NCBI RefSeq assembly: GCF_017874315.1
Contig: NZ_JAGGLG010000001.1
Coordinates: 209,030 to 233,029 of the forward strand
Reading direction: 5' to 3'
Source: Symbiobacterium terraclitae
GTDB taxonomy: Bacteria > Bacillota > Sulfobacillia > Symbiobacteriales > Symbiobacteriaceae
Length of the DNA: 24,000 nt
Part shown: one piece after another, positions 7,911-15,084 of the stretch
How the letters are laid out: every line of letters starts with the position of its first letter
Position numbering within the stretch: position 1 is the first letter of the stretch
Notes under the pieces: generated by a model
What the model saw: only the letters and a program-made list of their open reading frames with translations
Databases searched by the model: none
Told to the model about the DNA's origin: nothing
Made by a program: the position numbers and the translations under genes

Positions 7911-8705
7911 CTACACCTTCAGGGCCGTGTTGTTGCGGTGGCAGGTGCAGCCCCGCTCGGAGGCAATCTGCTTCAGCGTGGTGAACAGCAGCTTCTTCAG
8001 GTTCTCGCCGTTGGCCGCCATCACCTCGAGGACCTCCTCGTGGGTGAGCGGGTTGGGCGAGATGCCGGCGCCGAAGTTGGTCACCATCGAGACCGTGGCG
8101 TAGCAGAGGCCCGCCTCCCGGGCCAGCACGCACTCGGGCACGTTGGTCATGCCCACCACGTCGCCGCCCAGCTGGCCGAACATGCGGATCTCCGCCGCGG
8201 TCTCAAAGCGCGGCCCCTCGGTGCAGACGTACGTGCCCGCCGGATGGACGGGGATGCCGACTTCCTCTGCCGCGGCGATCAGCACGCTGCGGATCTCGGG
8301 GCAGTACGGCTCGGTGACGTCGGTGTGGACCACGCCGGACTCGCCGCCCTCGAAGAACGTGGAGATCCGCCCCTTGGTGAAGTCCAGGAACTGGTCCACC
8401 ACCACGAAGTCGCCGGGCTTCATGTTCCGGTTGCAGGAGCCCACGGCGGTGGTGGCGATCACCCGCTCCACGCCCAGCATCTTCAGGGCGTAGATGTTGG
8501 CCCGGTAGTTGATGAGATGCGGCGGCACAGAGTGGTTCACGCCGTGGCGCGCCATGAAGGCCACGGGCTCACCCTGGTAGGTGCCGATCCGGACCATGGC
8601 CTGCCCGTACGGGGTGGTGATGACCTCTTCCCGGATGTTTTCTAGGATGCGGGGGTCGTAGACACCCGTGCCGCCGATGATGGCGAGCCGAACTTTCTGC
8701 GTCAT
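7911..8705 (-). CDS. mtnP: MTAP-family trimeric nucleoside phosphorylase (S-methyl-5'-thioadenosine or 5'-thioinosine phosphorylase)
   Basis: MTQKVRLAIIGGTG, ARHG..H..PP..NYRANI, TEGPRFET and GMTNVPE align by eye along the whole length with human MTAP. I trimmed the track ORF (to 9608) to the ATG at 8705, which follows an AAAGGTGG SD. See the finding on Asn210. Confidence 0.9.
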   Translation of the reverse strand: MTQKVRLAIIGGTGVYDPRILENIREEVITTPYGQAMVRIGTYQGEPVAFMARHGVNHSVPPHLINYRANIYALKMLGVERVIATTAVGSCNRNMKPGDFVVVDQFLDFTKGRISTFFEGGESGVVHTDVTEPYCPEIRSVLIAAAEEVGIPVHPAGTYVCTEGPRFETAAEIRMFGQLGGDVVGMTNVPECVLAREAGLCYATVSMVTNFGAGISPNPLTHEEVLEVMAANGENLKKLLFTTLKQIASERGCTCHRNNTALKV

Positions 8706-8798
8706 GTGCGCACGCCCACCTTTCTGATGACATAAGCTGGTACCACAGGGGCTGAAACATCCAGGAGCCCCTACTGCTGTATGCGAGGTGGGGCCCGG

Positions 8799-9587
8799 AT
8801 GGCGGAGCACGGAACTCAGGGCGAAGGAGGCGTTGAGAACCAGTACTACCGGCGGTGGCGGGGCGGCGGCCTGGGGCGGTTGCTCCTGGTGACCACGGGC
8901 GACCTGAACCTGGACGGCGTGCCCGAGATCGTCGCCTGCGCGGGGCGGGAGCTGAAGGTCTACCACTGGACCGGCGACACCTACGCCCTGCTGGCCGAGG
9001 CGGCCCTGCCCAGGGACGCCCTCTCGCTGGCGGTGGGCCAGGTCGACCCGACCGGACCCGGCACGGTGGCCGTGGGGACCCGTGACAACATCCTGCTCTA
9101 CGCCCTCACGCCCACGGGCCTGGTGGCCCTGTGCCAGACGCTGCTGTATCCCAACGCCTACTTCCGCTCCCTCAGCCTGGATGACGTGAACGACGACGGT
9201 CGGGCCGAGGTGATCGCCGGCGCCTCGGGAGCGCAGACGATGTATCTCTTTCAGGTGATGGCCGTGGGCCGGGAGAGCCGCCTGGAGGAGCTGGGCCGCC
9301 TCTACGTGGGCGGACTGGTGGCCGCGCGGCCGACCTCGGCGGGCGAGGTGGTGACGGCCACCAAGGACGGCTACGTGGACGTCTACGTCCCCTGCTCCCT
9401 CCTCCCCCGGGAAAGCCAGACCGTCTACACGGTCAGGCGGGGCGACAGCCTCTGGCGGCTGGCCCGCAAGTTCGGGACCTCGCCCGGGGCCATCGCCAGG
9501 GCCAACAAGCTGGAGGAGCCGTATCAGCTTACGCCCGGACAGGTGCTGATCATCCCCGGCCGGCGGAGCGCCAGATCCCCGGACTAG
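8799..9587 (+). CDS. LysM peptidoglycan-binding domain protein with FG-GAP/VCBS-like repeats
   Basis: The C-terminus has a LysM domain: YTVRRGDSLWRLARKFGTSPGAIARANKLEEPYQLTPGQVLIIPG. Upstream are DLNLDGVPEIV and DDVNDDGRAEVIAG, which look like calcium-binding-like FG-GAP motifs. The ATG at 8799 has a GAGGTG SD 8 nt upstream. The ATG at 8781 is the alternative. Confidence 0.8.
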   Translation: MAEHGTQGEGGVENQYYRRWRGGGLGRLLLVTTGDLNLDGVPEIVACAGRELKVYHWTGDTYALLAEAALPRDALSLAVGQVDPTGPGTVAVGTRDNILLYALTPTGLVALCQTLLYPNAYFRSLSLDDVNDDGRAEVIAGASGAQTMYLFQVMAVGRESRLEELGRLYVGGLVAARPTSAGEVVTATKDGYVDVYVPCSLLPRESQTVYTVRRGDSLWRLARKFGTSPGAIARANKLEEPYQLTPGQVLIIPGRRSARSPD

Positions 9588-9615
9588 CGCCGGCGGGGAG
9601 CAGGACATAGCACGT

Positions 9616-9647
9616 GGCGCTGGTGACGGAGATGCGTCACCAGCGCC
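9616..9647. terminator. Bidirectional stem-loop between the convergent LysM gene and ndk
   Basis: GGCGCTGGTGACG / GAGATG / CGTCACCAGCGCC forms a perfect 13-bp stem. The plus strand continues GGCGCGTCTTTGG. Confidence 0.6.
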
Positions 9648-9663
9648 GGCGCGTCTTTGGCGG

Positions 9664-10116
9664 TTAGCGCTCGGGGAAGATCCAGCGGTCCACCGACCGG
9701 GTCCAGGACGCCTCGACCTCGCCGAACCAGAGCTTGATCTCGCGGGCGGCGTTCTCGGGACCGTCGGAGCCGTGGACGACGTTGTAGGAGACGTCGCAGG
9801 CGAAGTCGGCCCGGATGGTGCCGGGTTCGGCGTTGGCCGGGTTGGTCGCGCCCATCGTCTTGCGGATGGTGGCGATGGCGTTGGGCCCCTCCCAGACCAT
9901 CGCCATGACCGGGCCGGAGGTGATGAAGTCGATCAGGCCGGGGAAGAAGGGCTTGTCCTTCAGTTCGGCGTAGTGCTGTTCGGCCAGCTCCCGGGAGACG
10001 GTCATGAGCTTGGCGGCCACGAGCTTCAGGCCCCGGCGCTCGAGCCGGCTGATGACCTCGCCCACCAGTCCCCGCTGGACGCCGTCGGGCTTCACCATAA
10101 CAAAGCTGCGCTCCAT
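9664..10116 (-). CDS. ndk: Nucleoside-diphosphate kinase
   Basis: The product is 150 aa, starts [20 protein letters not shown] and contains the NVVHGSD active-site His motif. The SD is GAAGGGGGAAAC. Confidence 0.97.
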   Translation of the reverse strand: MERSFVMVKPDGVQRGLVGEVISRLERRGLKLVAAKLMTVSRELAEQHYAELKDKPFFPGLIDFITSGPVMAMVWEGPNAIATIRKTMGATNPANAEPGTIRADFACDVSYNVVHGSDGPENAAREIKLWFGEVEASWTRSVDRWIFPER

Positions 10117-10170
10117 GTGTATCTGTTTCCCCCTTCAAGACGTGGGCACTCCCCATAAGATGCCGTAGTG

Positions 10171-10199
10171 ATTGTACCGAAAGGGGGAATCTTTGGCAA
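10171..10199 (-). promoter_or_regulatory. Sigma-A-like promoter for ndk
   Basis: The minus strand reads TTGCCA (10199-10194), a 17-nt spacer, then TACAAT (10176-10171). This sits about 55 nt upstream of the ndk ATG. Confidence 0.55.
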
Positions 10200-10216
10200 G
10201 GAGAGAAGTGCGGCGG

Positions 10217-10651
10217 CTACTGCGGCCGCGCCGGCGCACGGGCCCCTGTCGGCAGCCGCGGCCGCAGGAGGAGCAGGCCCAGGACCGCCCCTGCCCCGTC
10301 GATGGCCACGTCCAGGAGCCGGCCCTCACGCGTCGGCACGAACGCCTGATGCACTTCGTCGCTGACGGCGTAGAGCACAGCCGTCGCCAGCGCCGCCCGG
10401 AGGGCCGTGCGCCCCGGGAGGCGGGCGGAGAGGGCCCAGGCCAGCAGCACGGCCAGAATAGCGTAGGCGACCATGTGGGCAGACTTGCGCAGAAGCATCT
10501 CGAGCCACCAGGCCGCCTCGGGTGACAGGTCGTGGGGCAGGAGCCCCAGCCGTTGCACCAGGGGGAGGCCCCGCAGGTCCGGGGTGGCCGACGACCGGTA
10601 GATGAGCGCCATCCAGAGCAGGGCAGGTACCATGCGCAGAGCGAGACGCAT
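10217..10651 (-). CDS. VanZ family membrane protein
   Basis: VanZ-like motifs are present: RKSAHMVAYAILAVLL and DEVHQAFVPTREGRLLDVAIDGAGAVLG. I trimmed to the ATG at 10651 (MRLALRMVPALLWMALIY). The ATG at 10633 is also possible. The track start at 10771 would overlap the upstream gene. Confidence 0.8.
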   Translation of the reverse strand: MRLALRMVPALLWMALIYRSSATPDLRGLPLVQRLGLLPHDLSPEAAWWLEMLLRKSAHMVAYAILAVLLAWALSARLPGRTALRAALATAVLYAVSDEVHQAFVPTREGRLLDVAIDGAGAVLGLLLLRPRLPTGARAPARPQ

Positions 10652-10724
10652 CAGGTCAGACCCCGTTTCCGCAGAGATGACAGTACGGGGCGCCGCCTGC
10701 GGCAGCGCCCCGCGCTTATCGTCG

Positions 10725-10991
10725 TCACCGTTCGCATGCGATGGCGTGCTGCGTGAGGATCCGGTCCACATCCTTCGGGGGCCAGCCGGCGAGATACGCC
10801 GGCGCTCCGGTTTCGATGTTCTCCCGGATGCGCTTCACCATCGCCTTTGCGCTGATCCCCTTCAGGGCGACGCGCAGCATCCTGCGCCCGTTCCCGTCGT
10901 AGACGAAGACAAAGCCTGCGTCGGAGACATCGATAAAGTAAGGACGACCCGACGGGCTGTGTACCTCAATACGGGTGTTCTGCTCCTTCAT
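10725..10991 (-). CDS. Hypothetical small protein (88 aa)
   Basis: The ATG at 10991 follows AGGGGGTG. GC3 bias is good. A TATAAT at 11016-11011 on the minus strand lies just upstream and would overlap the alternative ATG at 11012. I recognise no family. Confidence 0.6.
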   Translation of the reverse strand: MKEQNTRIEVHSPSGRPYFIDVSDAGFVFVYDGNGRRMLRVALKGISAKAMVKRIRENIETGAPAYLAGWPPKDVDRILTQHAIACER

Positions 10992-11120
10992 GCACGCACC
11001 CCCTAATTCCATTATATTGTCTCAGATGTTACCCACCCTGCGCAACCCCGGCGCCCGCCCACATTGGGCCCAAATGGTGGCTCGCCCGCCAGCAAGATGA
11101 GCAGCTCGGGAGGTCTCGAC

Positions 11121-12425
11121 GTGTCGCACCTCGACGCCGCACGCTTTCAGATGGGCTACTCCCTCGCCTTCCACATGGTCTTCGCCGCGCTCGGCGTGGG
11201 CATGCCGGCCCTGCTTGCCACGGCGGAGTTCCTGCACCTGCGCACCGGCGATGCGGAGTACCTGCGGCTGGCCAAGACGTGGGCCAGGGCGACGGCGGTG
11301 CTCTTCGCCATCGGCGCCGTGAGCGGAACCGGGATCGCGTTCGAGCTCGGCCTGCTCTGGCCGGAGTTCATGCACTTCGCCGGCACAACCATAGGACCCG
11401 CCTTCGCGCTGGAGGGGTACGCCTTCTTCACCGAGGCGATCTTCCTGGGGCTCTACCTCTACGGCCGCAACCGCATGCACCCCGTGGCCCACTGGCTCAC
11501 CAGCGTGGCAGTGGCGGTCAGCGGGGCGGCCTCCTCCGTGCTGGTCACAGCTTCCAACGCCTGGATGCAGAACCCGGTGGGCCTCGAGACGCTCCTCGCC
11601 GACCCGGCGCAGGCCGACCCGTGGGTCCTGTTCGCCAACTCCCACTGGCCGGTCATGGCGCTGCACTCCACCATCGCCTGCTACGCGGCCACCGGCTTCG
11701 CCGCGGCGGGCATCTACGCCTGGGGGATGCTCCGCGGGCGCACCGACACTCTGCGCCGGAAGGCGCTCACCATCGCGATGGCGATGGGCCTCCTGGCTGC
11801 GCTGGCCATGCCCATCACCGGCGACGCCTCGGCCAAAGTGGTGGCCCGGAACCAGCCCGAGAAGCTGGCCGCAATGGAGGCGCTTTTCGTCACCCGGGAC
11901 CGGGCGCCCCTGCTGATCGGGGGAATTCCCAACCCGGCCACGGGCGAGGTGTGCTGTGCAGTCGAACTGCCCGGGCTCCTCTCCTACCTGGCCCACGGCT
12001 CCTTCGACGCCGAGGTGATGGGGCTCGACCGGGTGCCCCGGGAGCAGTGGCCCAACGTCCCGCTGGTCCACTACTCGTTCCAGGTCATGGTGGGTGCCGG
12101 GATGGCGATGGTTGCCGTCGGTCTCTGGTACGCCTGGGTCCGCTGGCGCCGCCCCGAACGGGTTGCGACGGACCGCCGGCTGCTCTGGGCGCTGGTGATC
12201 GCCTCGCCCCTCGGCTACCTGGCCCTGGAGGCGGGCTGGATGGTCGCCGAGGCCGGCCGCCAGCACTGGACGGTCTGGAAGGCAATGACCACCGCCGAGG
12301 CCGTCACCCCCGCGGGCGGCATGGGCGCGTCGATGCTCGGATTCACTGCGCTCTACGCCGTGCTGGGGACCGTTCTGGTGCTCCTCCTCAACCGGCTCAG
12401 CCACGAAGCGCCCGAAGGGAGGTAA
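11121..12425 (+). CDS. cydA: Cytochrome bd-type quinol oxidase subunit I
   Basis: ARFQMGYSLAFHMVF, GYAFFTEAIFLGLY and the GWMVAEAGRQHW (GRQPW-like) motif are present. The Q-loop is short. The GTG at 11121 has GGGAGG 7 nt upstream and gives an N-terminus collinear with Bacillus CydA. The track start at 11064 is TTG with no SD. Confidence 0.93.
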   Translation: MSHLDAARFQMGYSLAFHMVFAALGVGMPALLATAEFLHLRTGDAEYLRLAKTWARATAVLFAIGAVSGTGIAFELGLLWPEFMHFAGTTIGPAFALEGYAFFTEAIFLGLYLYGRNRMHPVAHWLTSVAVAVSGAASSVLVTASNAWMQNPVGLETLLADPAQADPWVLFANSHWPVMALHSTIACYAATGFAAAGIYAWGMLRGRTDTLRRKALTIAMAMGLLAALAMPITGDASAKVVARNQPEKLAAMEALFVTRDRAPLLIGGIPNPATGEVCCAVELPGLLSYLAHGSFDAEVMGLDRVPREQWPNVPLVHYSFQVMVGAGMAMVAVGLWYAWVRWRRPERVATDRRLLWALVIASPLGYLALEAGWMVAEAGRQHWTVWKAMTTAEAVTPAGGMGASMLGFTALYAVLGTVLVLLLNRLSHEAPEGR

Positions 12426-12428
12426 GAC

Positions 12429-13445
12429 GTGGTGGCACCCTGGATGGGAGTCGACCCCGTGGTGGCTGCTGCCGCCGTGATGCTGCTCGGCCTCTTGGCC
12501 TACGCCGTCCTGGCCGGGGCGGACTTCGGCGGCGGCATCTGGGACCTGCTGTCCCGCGGTCCCCGGCGGCGGGAGCAGCAGATGGCCATCGCCCGGGCGA
12601 TGGGCCCGGTGTGGGAGGCCAACCACGTCTGGCTGATCTTCGTGATCGTCATCCTGTTCAACGTTTTCCCCACGGCGTACCGCGCCCTGGGCATCGCCTT
12701 CTTCGGGCTGTTTCACCTGGTGCTGGTGGGCATCGTGCTCCGGGGGGCCGCCTTCGCCTTTCGCGCCGCAGCGCCGGCCGACTCCCCGCACTGGCTGCTC
12801 TGGAGCCGGGTCTTCGGCGGGGCCTCGGCCGTCACGCCGTTTCTGCTGGGGCTGGCCGCCGCGGCGATCTCGGGGGGCGGCATCCGCCTCTACCCCGACG
12901 GCGCCGTGCAGGTGGACCCGGCCCTCACCTGGTTCAGCCCCGTCTCGCTGCTGATGGGGCTCCTGACCGTGGCCATGTGCGCCTACCTGGCCGCGGTCTT
13001 CCTCACCGTGGAGACGGGCGGCGCCCTGCGAGAGGACTTCCGCCGGCGGGCCCTCTGGGCCGGGGCCTTGCTTGCGCTGCTGGCCGCGGCGCTTCTGCCC
13101 CTCCTGCCCTCCGCCATGCCGCAGCTCTGGCAGCGGTTCACGCGTCCGGCGTCGGCCCCGCTGCTGCTGGCTGGGGCCGGGCTCGCCGCGCTCTCGAGCG
13201 CGGCCGTGTACACCCGGCGCTACCGCACGGCCCGGGTCGCCGCCGTGGCCGAGGTGGTGGTGCTGCTCGGCGGCTGGGCCGCCGGCCAGTGGCCCTACAT
13301 CATCTACCCCGACGTCACGTTCCAGGCCGCCGCTGCGCCGGGGCCCTCGATCCGCTTCCTGCTGAACACCCTGCCTTTCGGCCTGCTGGTGCTTCTGCCC
13401 TCGCTCTGGCTGCTCTTCCGCATCTTCAAGGCCGAGACGGGGTGA
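12429..13445 (+). CDS. cydB: Cytochrome bd-type quinol oxidase subunit II
   Basis: The GTG lies 3 nt after the cydA stop, behind GGGAGG. The 338-aa polytopic membrane protein has DFGGGIWDL and GPVWEANHVWLI motifs typical of CydB. Confidence 0.92.
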   Translation: MVAPWMGVDPVVAAAAVMLLGLLAYAVLAGADFGGGIWDLLSRGPRRREQQMAIARAMGPVWEANHVWLIFVIVILFNVFPTAYRALGIAFFGLFHLVLVGIVLRGAAFAFRAAAPADSPHWLLWSRVFGGASAVTPFLLGLAAAAISGGGIRLYPDGAVQVDPALTWFSPVSLLMGLLTVAMCAYLAAVFLTVETGGALREDFRRRALWAGALLALLAAALLPLLPSAMPQLWQRFTRPASAPLLLAGAGLAALSSAAVYTRRYRTARVAAVAEVVVLLGGWAAGQWPYIIYPDVTFQAAAAPGPSIRFLLNTLPFGLLVLLPSLWLLFRIFKAETG

Positions 13446-13518
13446 CACCGGCACACCGCCTGGAATGCGTGGAGCGCGAACCGGTACGGGAGGTTGCCGG
13501 ACGCTGGTGCCAAAGACA

Positions 13519-14370
13519 ATGATGCAGGGGAGCCAGGCCAGTACGGCCTGGCTCCCCTGCATCGAGCCGGACGGGGCGTCAGAGGGGACCCGCTCCGACT
13601 GGGGACCGGACAACCGCGGCCTGAGCATCGAGGCGACCCTGCCCGACGGGTCGTCCCTGTCCCTGGAGGTGTGGAACAACGAACTCCGCCTGGGCGACAT
13701 GCGCTACCGGCTCCCGTACCACCAGGGACTGTACGCCTACGTCGAGCACCTCCGGCTCTCGGCGGAGTCGCTGAATCAGGCGCTGCGCGAGGCCGCCGCC
13801 GTCCGCCTCGCACTCGTCGACCTGCCCGGGATGGAGCGGGAGCTGACTCCCGAAGAGCGCGAGCAGCTCCGCCAGGCGGTCGCCGGGGTGCTTCCGGCGA
13901 GCAACGCCGCCGGTCCCCAGCCGCTGGACCCGCCATTCCCGCAGTACGCCATCCGTCTGGAGGGAGTGGACTGGCGAGCGACCCTTCGGCTCCGCGGCGA
14001 CCGGTACCTGCGGCGGGAGGGCGGCAGCTCGGCCGTACACGGGGGAGAGGTCGCCCGGCTGGCGGCGGGCCTCCTGCCCGTTCCTCCGCTCGATCCCTCC
14101 GACGTGGCCTACCTCTTCCTGGCCGACCGGATGGAGGTGGACGGGAAGGGCGATATGACCGGTTGGAAGAACACCGTGGTGCGCCGGCTCGTGGGCGCAC
14201 AGGTGATTCCCGGGTACCATCCGCTCTCCGTCGAACCCTTCACCCTCACCTTCCGGGTGAACGGCGAGCCGCTGGAAGTGCACGTGGACGCGGAGGGCTT
14301 CATCTACAGGGGAGTGCGCTACCCGGGATCCGGCCTCACGGAGCTCTTCCTGCTGCCCAAGATGCCGTAG
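13519..14370 (+). CDS. Hypothetical protein (about 283 aa), no recognised domain
   Basis: High GC3 coding bias is visible from about 13560 onward and is followed by a good terminator. The start is uncertain: ATG at 13519 or 13522 (inside the hairpin), or ATG at 13465. None has a well-spaced SD. Confidence 0.6.
   Translation: MMQGSQASTAWLPCIEPDGASEGTRSDWGPDNRGLSIEATLPDGSSLSLEVWNNELRLGDMRYRLPYHQGLYAYVEHLRLSAESLNQALREAAAVRLALVDLPGMERELTPEEREQLRQAVAGVLPASNAAGPQPLDPPFPQYAIRLEGVDWRATLRLRGDRYLRREGGSSAVHGGEVARLAAGLLPVPPLDPSDVAYLFLADRMEVDGKGDMTGWKNTVVRRLVGAQVIPGYHPLSVEPFTLTFRVNGEPLEVHVDAEGFIYRGVRYPGSGLTELFLLPKMP
13521..13563. repeat. Perfect 19-bp inverted repeat (hairpin, 5-nt loop) downstream of cydB
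   Basis: The sequence is GATGCAGGGGAGCCAGGCC / AGTAC / GGCCTGGCTCCCCTGCATC. It lies 75 nt after the cydB stop, has no U-tract and covers the ATGATG candidate start of the next ORF. Confidence 0.9.
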
Positions 14371-14388
14371 GCCGCCGCGCATTGCACT

Positions 14389-14419
14389 GCGGGCCGACCG
14401 GTCGTCCCGGTCGGCCCGC
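14389..14419 (+). terminator. Intrinsic terminator after the hypothetical gene
   Basis: GCGGGCCGACCGG / TCGTC / CCGGTCGGCCCGC forms a perfect 13-bp stem, followed by TTCTCTCT. Confidence 0.7.
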
Positions 14420-14425
14420 TTCTCT

Positions 14426-14902
14426 CTACCGCACGTAGAAGGGCGGCGGCTCGATGCCGAGGATGCGCAGGTAGATGTACCCCTGGCCCCGGTGGTGGAT
14501 CTCGTTCTCCAGGGCGTAGATGAGGCGGCTCAGGTTGGTCTGCACACCCTGACCGAAGAAGCCGTCGTCCTCCGCCGCCTGCAGGCGCTCAGCCGTGATC
14601 TTGGGCCACAGCTCACGGGTGCGCTGCCGCACCGCCTCGCACTCCGCAAGCAGCGCCTGCTTGGTGTTGATGCCGGCCCGCTTCTCCTCGTCGAACACCC
14701 ACTCGCCCGTGGCGATACCCCGCACGTAGGCCTCTTCGATGTCCAGGAACTCCTTCACCATGTCGGCGAAGGGCCTCAGCGCCTCGGCCGGCTTGAAGCT
14801 GAACAGCTTCTCCTCCGGGAAGGCCTCGGCCACACGCAAAGTCAGCCGCCGGTTGCCCTCCATCATCTCCAGCAGGGACGCCGGCGTCAGCAGGTCACTC
14901 AT
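14426..14902 (-). CDS. DinB-family (damage-inducible, four-helix-bundle metalloprotein) protein
   Basis: The C-terminus has ENEIHHRGQGYIYLR, typical of the DinB family. The ATG at 14902 lies 9 nt after AGGAGG. The track start at 14911 is the GTG inside that SD. Confidence 0.88.
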   Translation of the reverse strand: MSDLLTPASLLEMMEGNRRLTLRVAEAFPEEKLFSFKPAEALRPFADMVKEFLDIEEAYVRGIATGEWVFDEEKRAGINTKQALLAECEAVRQRTRELWPKITAERLQAAEDDGFFGQGVQTNLSRLIYALENEIHHRGQGYIYLRILGIEPPPFYVR

Positions 14903-15042
14903 GTTACGCACCTCCTGTGATGCTGGCGCGCCATCTCCGCGCCATTTGGAGTATTACCGCAGGCAGGCCATATCTTCCTGCTGTCTCCGGGTGCCCCGGC
15001 CGCCTCCACGGCGGCCGCACGCCCGGGCGTACAGTGGCAGCG

Positions 15043-15068
15043 GCGGGCCTCCCCGGAGGGAGGCCCGC
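15043..15068 (-). terminator. Stem-loop downstream of lysC
   Basis: GCGGGCCTCCC / 4-nt loop / GGGAGGCCCGC forms a perfect 11-bp stem, 16 nt after the lysC stop. There is no U-tract. Confidence 0.55.
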
Positions 15069-15084
15069 ACCGCTCTCGTCCCTG

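Noticed and set aside
5736-8645. A 969-aa plus-strand ORF. Similar giant ORFs occur at 11022-13700 (-), 11279-13522 (+), 4892-6241 (+), 1684-2997 (+), 20645-22132 (+) and 16603-17883 (+).
   Set aside because: All lie antisense to, or out of frame with, genes that have strong family signatures. Their products are low-complexity Arg/Gly/Pro/Ala/His-rich strings with no motifs. Such ORFs are expected in DNA this GC-rich, where stop codons are rare.
8706-9608. N-terminal extension of the phosphorylase ORF (track 7911-9608, 565 aa).
   Set aside because: The extension is antisense to the LysM gene and low-complexity. Homology to MTAP begins exactly at the ATG at 8705, which has an AAAGGTGG SD.
11017-11027. 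The 11-mer TTGTCTCAGAT is repeated at 18321-18331, in both cases in divergent promoter regions. The related GAGAC core also appears in the 19878-19898 palindrome.
   Set aside because: A rough estimate gives a few exact 11-mer matches by chance among ~3 kb of intergenic DNA on both strands. There is no consistent position relative to -10/-35 elements. This is not enough to call a shared operator.
11013-11120. Rex-type operator (TTGTGAA-N6-TTCACAA) or another redox-regulator site upstream of cydA.
   Set aside because: No acceptable match. Only an AT-rich patch is present, and it is better explained as the divergent TATAAT promoter of the small gene at 10991.
14924-14944. Inverted repeat TGGCGCG-N7-CGCGCCA upstream of the DinB-family gene, considered as an SOS/LexA operator.
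   Set aside because: It does not resemble the Firmicute LexA box CGAAC-N4-GTTCG. It is short, GC-only and likely to arise by chance in this genome.
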